Source: Neodothiora populina (taxonomy: Eukaryota). Taken from it: DNA of 64,000 bases. This document shows positions 60,200 to 64,000 of this stretch, piece by piece (the first letter of the stretch is position 1; each line of letters opens with the position of its first letter). The stretch spans positions 2,604,001 to 2,668,000 of the forward strand of contig NW_027191404.1 in the NCBI RefSeq assembly GCF_041146345.1, given 5' to 3'. A model generated the notes under the pieces. The model searched no databases. It had not been told where the DNA came from and worked only from the letters and a program-made list of their open reading frames with translations. A program made the translations under genes and the position numbers.

Positions 60200-61222
60200 T
60201 CAACCTTGCTTGAAGATGGCACCATAAGCGCTCAACGCCGGTGCACCACCCAGATGTGCGTACAACACCCTCGAGCCCTCGGGGAATTCTCCATTCCTGA
60301 CCATATGGATCATGCCAGCCATGGACTTGCCCTCATACACAGGGTCAGTCAACATGCCCTCCGTCCTGGCGCACAGTCGAATGGCCTCCATGGTACCGTC
60401 GTTAGGAAGACCGTACTCGGGTCCACCGAATCGGTCATCAACAATGACATCCTTCTCCGTGATCTCCTTGCCCAACTCGACGAGCTTGGCGGTGTTCTGC
60501 GCGATGCGCAGGATCTGTTCTCGGGTCTTCTCGGGCTTGGCTGAGGCGTCGATACCGATGACCTTGTCGGCGCGACCGTCGGATGCGAACCCGACGACCA
60601 TACCCGCTTGCGTGGATCCAGTGACGGCGCACACGACGATGTAATCGAACTTGAAGCCCAGCTCCTTTTCCTGCTGCATGACTTCCTCTGCGAAGCCGAC
60701 GAAACCCAAACCGCCGCGAGGGTGCTCTGAGCATCCGGCGGGGATAGGGTAGGGCTTGCCGCCCTTGTCGCGGACGTCTTGCATTGCTTGCTCCCAGGAA
60801 GGTCTGATGCCGATGTCGAAGCCGGCTTCGTTGAGTCGGACGTCTGCGCCGAGGATGCGGCTGAGCTCGATGTTGCCGACGCGGTCGTACACGCTGTCGT
60901 GGTAGTTGACCCATGCCTCCTGCACGAGAACGCACTTCATGCCCAGCTTTGCGGCAACGGCTGCCACTTGTCTGGTCTGGTTCGATTGCACGCCGCCGAC
61001 GGTGACGAGGGTGTCGTAGCCCCCCGAGATAGCTTCGGGGATGACATATTCGAGTTTACGAGTCTTGTTGCCGCCAAAGGCCAGCCCTGAGTTGCAATCC
61101 TCACGCTTTGCATAGAGGTGGACCTTGCCGCCTAACTCTTTCGACAGACGCTCGAGAGGCTGGATCGGCGTGGCAAAGCCAAAGGTGAGTTGCTCTTTGG
61201 GGAATTTATCTACGAGACCCAT
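60200..61222 (-). CDS. acdS: 1-aminocyclopropane-1-carboxylate (ACC) deaminase, intronless
   Basis: [21 protein letters not shown] (PLP Lys), [26 protein letters not shown] and YAHLGG, with the Glu295/Leu322 equivalents that separate ACC deaminase from D-cysteine desulfhydrase. Confidence 0.96.
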   Translation of the reverse strand: MGLVDKFPKEQLTFGFATPIQPLERLSKELGGKVHLYAKREDCNSGLAFGGNKTRKLEYVIPEAISGGYDTLVTVGGVQSNQTRQVAAVAAKLGMKCVLVQEAWVNYHDSVYDRVGNIELSRILGADVRLNEAGFDIGIRPSWEQAMQDVRDKGGKPYPIPAGCSEHPRGGLGFVGFAEEVMQQEKELGFKFDYIVVCAVTGSTQAGMVVGFASDGRADKVIGIDASAKPEKTREQILRIAQNTAKLVELGKEITEKDVIVDDRFGGPEYGLPNDGTMEAIRLCARTEGMLTDPVYEGKSMAGMIHMVRNGEFPEGSRVLYAHLGGAPALSAYGAIFKQG

Positions 61223-61531
61223 TTTTGCGTATGTTTGGAATGAGAGATGTGAAGAAACGAAAGGGACATAAGGGAAGAATCACTGGTAGTACTTATGAGA
61301 GTCATATCTATCACCTGGCCTATCTTCCCCACCGCGGGGCATTTTGTTGTTGGTAGTTACCTTATTATCGATCTCTGGCCGATAACGCATCATGTTGTCG
61401 AATGTGTTGTACAAATAATCAAAGGGACGGGATTTGGCCGGCCAAAAAAGAATGGCCGACGGCAACTCCACCCCTCCCCCCGGTCTCCTTTGCCCTTTGA
61501 TAGTAAACAGTGGACCAACGGGAAACCAAAG

Positions 61532-62415
61532 ATGCCGCCAATTCCGAAACGTAACCTGCTGATATGTCTTGATGCCTTCGGGACTGTTTTCACGCCTCGT
61601 GAGCCGATCGCGACACAGTATGGTCGTGTGGCGAGATCGCTTGGTATAGACGTCGAAGATGACGAGATCATGAAGAGTTTCAAAAACGGTACTGATAGCG
61701 ACAACCACGCCATTATTGTAAACTTGACACTTATCGATACCAGCATTCAAAGAAGAATCCAAGCTACATCCGAATTATGGAAAAGAGGTGGGATTAGGCT
61801 CCGAGAAATGGTGGACGAATGTGTGTAATATATACATTTTCTTCTACCCTGACCCCGTCTGATGGAACCCAGGTAATAACAAAAACATTCGCACCGCACT
61901 ATCATGACAGACTAGCGCCGACTCTGATTGATCGATTCAACTCGAAAGAAGGCTATACGCTGTATCCCGACGTACTGGCTTACATTCGACAACTTTCGTC
62001 GTCTCCGAATCGACACTGTATGAAAGTCGGAGTTATAACAAACTCCGACAACCGCGTTCCTGATGTCTTGAACGATCTTGGGTTGAGAATCAATCAGCAA
62101 GACAATAATGACATTGACTTTGCGATCATGAGTTATGATGTCGGGGTTGAGAAACCTGACAGAAGAATCTTTGACGCTGCGACAGACTTGTTGGACTCGA
62201 AAGATGACTGGGATCTTGTCTATATCGGCGACGAGCCTGCAAAAGATGCAAAAGGGGCTCTGAATGCAGGATGGAGCGCCATCATCGTCGATCGAGACGC
62301 GAGCGACACGAGTGTGGGCTACAAGATCATGTACGATGGTCGAGAAGTCGATGTAATATCTGATTTCTCAGCATTAAAGAACCTCAAGGCGAGGTGGCCA
62401 CTTATTACAGGTTAA
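61532..62415 (+). CDS. HAD-superfamily hydrolase (HDHD3/REG-2-like); introns 61689-61743, 61821-61872
   Basis: LDAFGTVF (motif I), QY..AR..G, HPNYG, ITNSD.R, EKPD.RIF and YIGD...D..GA..AGW. Confidence 0.88.
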
Positions 62416-63419
62416 GTCTTTCTTAAATCAAGTATATCTTTTAGTTTGACCTGGCCTTTGGCGCCCCACCCAGCCTTTCCCTGCTCCACATCAGGTCGGG
62501 TCTTGACATAGCAGGACCATGCTCGTTTGTCCAAGTCGTCTGTGGACAGTGCATCGGCCCATGACTGATAGAGCAAGGACAAGACTTTGAGCAGCTTCTC
62601 TAGATCGCCACCAAATGCTCGCTTGATGTATGACCGAGCAGATTGTGGCGAATAAATCGGTAGACCAGTCGTTTCGCCCGAGGTATGTTCTGCCGTCAAA
62701 GGTCCTTGAACCTGGTCCATATCCAACGCCCACAACGCAGGATCTTCGCCTGAAATCTCATAGCCCCAGCGTCGAATGACCTTTATATTCTGCCCGAGTA
62801 CTTTGACACTAGGCTGACCCTCCCCCCAATTCCTGTCCTCGTCGGCTTTGGCCAGTCCAATACTGATTGCTTTGGCTTTGCTTCCGGCACTGACGACGGC
62901 TTGAGCAAGACTGAGTTTCGCCGAGTCAGGTTGATCTGGCATTGTGAAAGCAAGTACAGAGTACGCAAAGGCTAGAAGTAAAGGAGCTCGATTCGTCGTC
63001 AAGACGGTATCTGACAATTCTTCTGCGGTCAGGCTAGAAAGTGGCAACGCGAGTGAGGCTTCGAGTTTCGCAGGGGTCTGAACCTCTGGTAAGGAACTTC
63101 GTCGTTTCTTGTTGCTGCTGCCAGCCTCTCTTTCGTTTCCTTCAGCAGATCGTTTTCGTATCCGTTTCGATGCATTGAACACGGATTTTGCATTCTTCTC
63201 GTCGAAGATGGAGGACACGACTTGTAGGGTTGATCTTGAGATTTGCTGTGGACTAAAAAGGACGATCAATGGCGTCCCTGTTGTGTCTTGTATATATCCA
63301 CTGCACCCTTACTTTGTGAGACCTGCCTCGCGTAGTTCGGTTATTTTCTGCATGGCGACACCGAGAGGTAACTTGGCGTCTTTTGTCAGGAAGCGCAGTA
63401 GCGCCTCGATTTCACTCAT
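62412..63419 (-). CDS. Conserved fungal hypothetical protein; intron 63253-63312
   Basis: MSEIEALLRFLTKDAKLPL... spliced to a long ORF containing TNRAPLLLAF, LSLAQAVVS and AW..Y..RPDV..G..GWGAKG. Confidence 0.75.
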
Positions 63420-63718
63420 GATGATGATGATGTACTACTGTGTATATGTACAGTGAATGGAGTTAAGTCACTGCAAGATATAGGTACTTGTATATAGATG
63501 CGTATGCAAGTGAATAGAAAGCACCCCACCGAGAGAGACTAAAGACAGGCACTAGTGAGGCAGGCACCACGACGCACCTGCACTTTATATAACACAAAGC
63601 GGGGAAGCAACGGGCCGTCCCGCCTCATGTCTGTCTCTCTCCAACACCTTGACATAATATTACTCGCCGATAAGCAACAACAACAACTTCAACAAACGCC
63701 GTCTGGCAAATCCCAAGA

Positions 63719-64000
63719 ATGGACCAGGACCAGATCAAACAAAAGCTGAATGCGCCCAAGAAGCTCAGCCTCTTCGAGCGACAACGACAAGAAGCAGAGA
63801 CAAAGCGTCTGCGCGACGAAGCAGAGAATCTCAAGGCGCTGCGAGAGTTTGAGAACTCATTCGCCGACGAAGATGACGATGACGACGAGGACGACTTCAC
63901 TTCCTCGCTGGGTGGTGGTGGTAATGGTGGTGGAGGCAGTAGACCGCGACATCATCAGCAGCAGCAGAAGCAGGAGATGAGAAAGTCTGGGCCTGGAACT
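63719..64000 (+). CDS. 5' end of probable U2 snRNP-associated SR140/U2SURP-like protein (truncated by window edge)
   Basis: MDQDQIKQKLNAPKKLSLFERQRQEAETKRLRDEAENLKALREFENSF...SGPGT resembles the N-terminus of fungal SR140 homologs. The diagnostic RRM/SURP domains would lie outside the window. Confidence 0.6.
   Translation, partial: MDQDQIKQKLNAPKKLSLFERQRQEAETKRLRDEAENLKALREFENSFADEDDDDDEDDFTSSLGGGGNGGGGSRPRHHQQQQKQEMRKSGPGT

Noticed and set aside
1..64000. CRISPR arrays, rRNA, LTR or DNA transposons
   Set aside because: No regularly spaced repeat-spacer arrays, rRNA signatures, RT/integrase/transposase ORFs or AT-rich RIP-like blocks were seen.

Overview
Gene-dense eukaryotic DNA from a filamentous ascomycete fungus. 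Short GT-AG introns with CTRAC branch sites and the gene content fit a Dothideomycete-like genome, but that taxon is inferred. I can support about 29 protein-coding genes, one probable pseudogene and a cluster of four tRNA genes. Housekeeping genes: the 3' part of TOR kinase, RPC31, CDK11, seipin, CCDC174, HOM6, RAD26/CSB, a divergent RRP3-SSF1 pair, ILV2 and the 5' end of an SR140/U2SURP-like gene. Accessory or secreted genes: a TDT dicarboxylate transporter, a GH45-like protein, an MFS sugar porter, two paralogous Ser-rich GPI-type proteins, GH29 fucosidase head-to-head with an unclassified glycoside-hydrolase-like gene, a GMC glucose dehydrogenase/oxidase, a PAN/Apple-PhiA fusion, a P450 and an intronless ACC deaminase. 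Best leads: (1) the unusually long RPC31 intron holds a CT-rich promoter-like tract and an in-frame ATG, suggesting two Pol III subunit isoforms from one gene; (2) tRNA-Leu and tRNA-Gly are only 13 nt apart with no terminator between them, so a dimeric precursor is likely; (3) ILV2, P450 and acdS are neighbours that could be linked through 2-oxobutanoate; (4) the fucosidase/orphan-GH divergent pair; (5) a degenerate HExxH gene beside the tRNAs. I saw no CRISPR array, rRNA or recognisable transposon. All calls come from motif reading by eye; no database searches were run.
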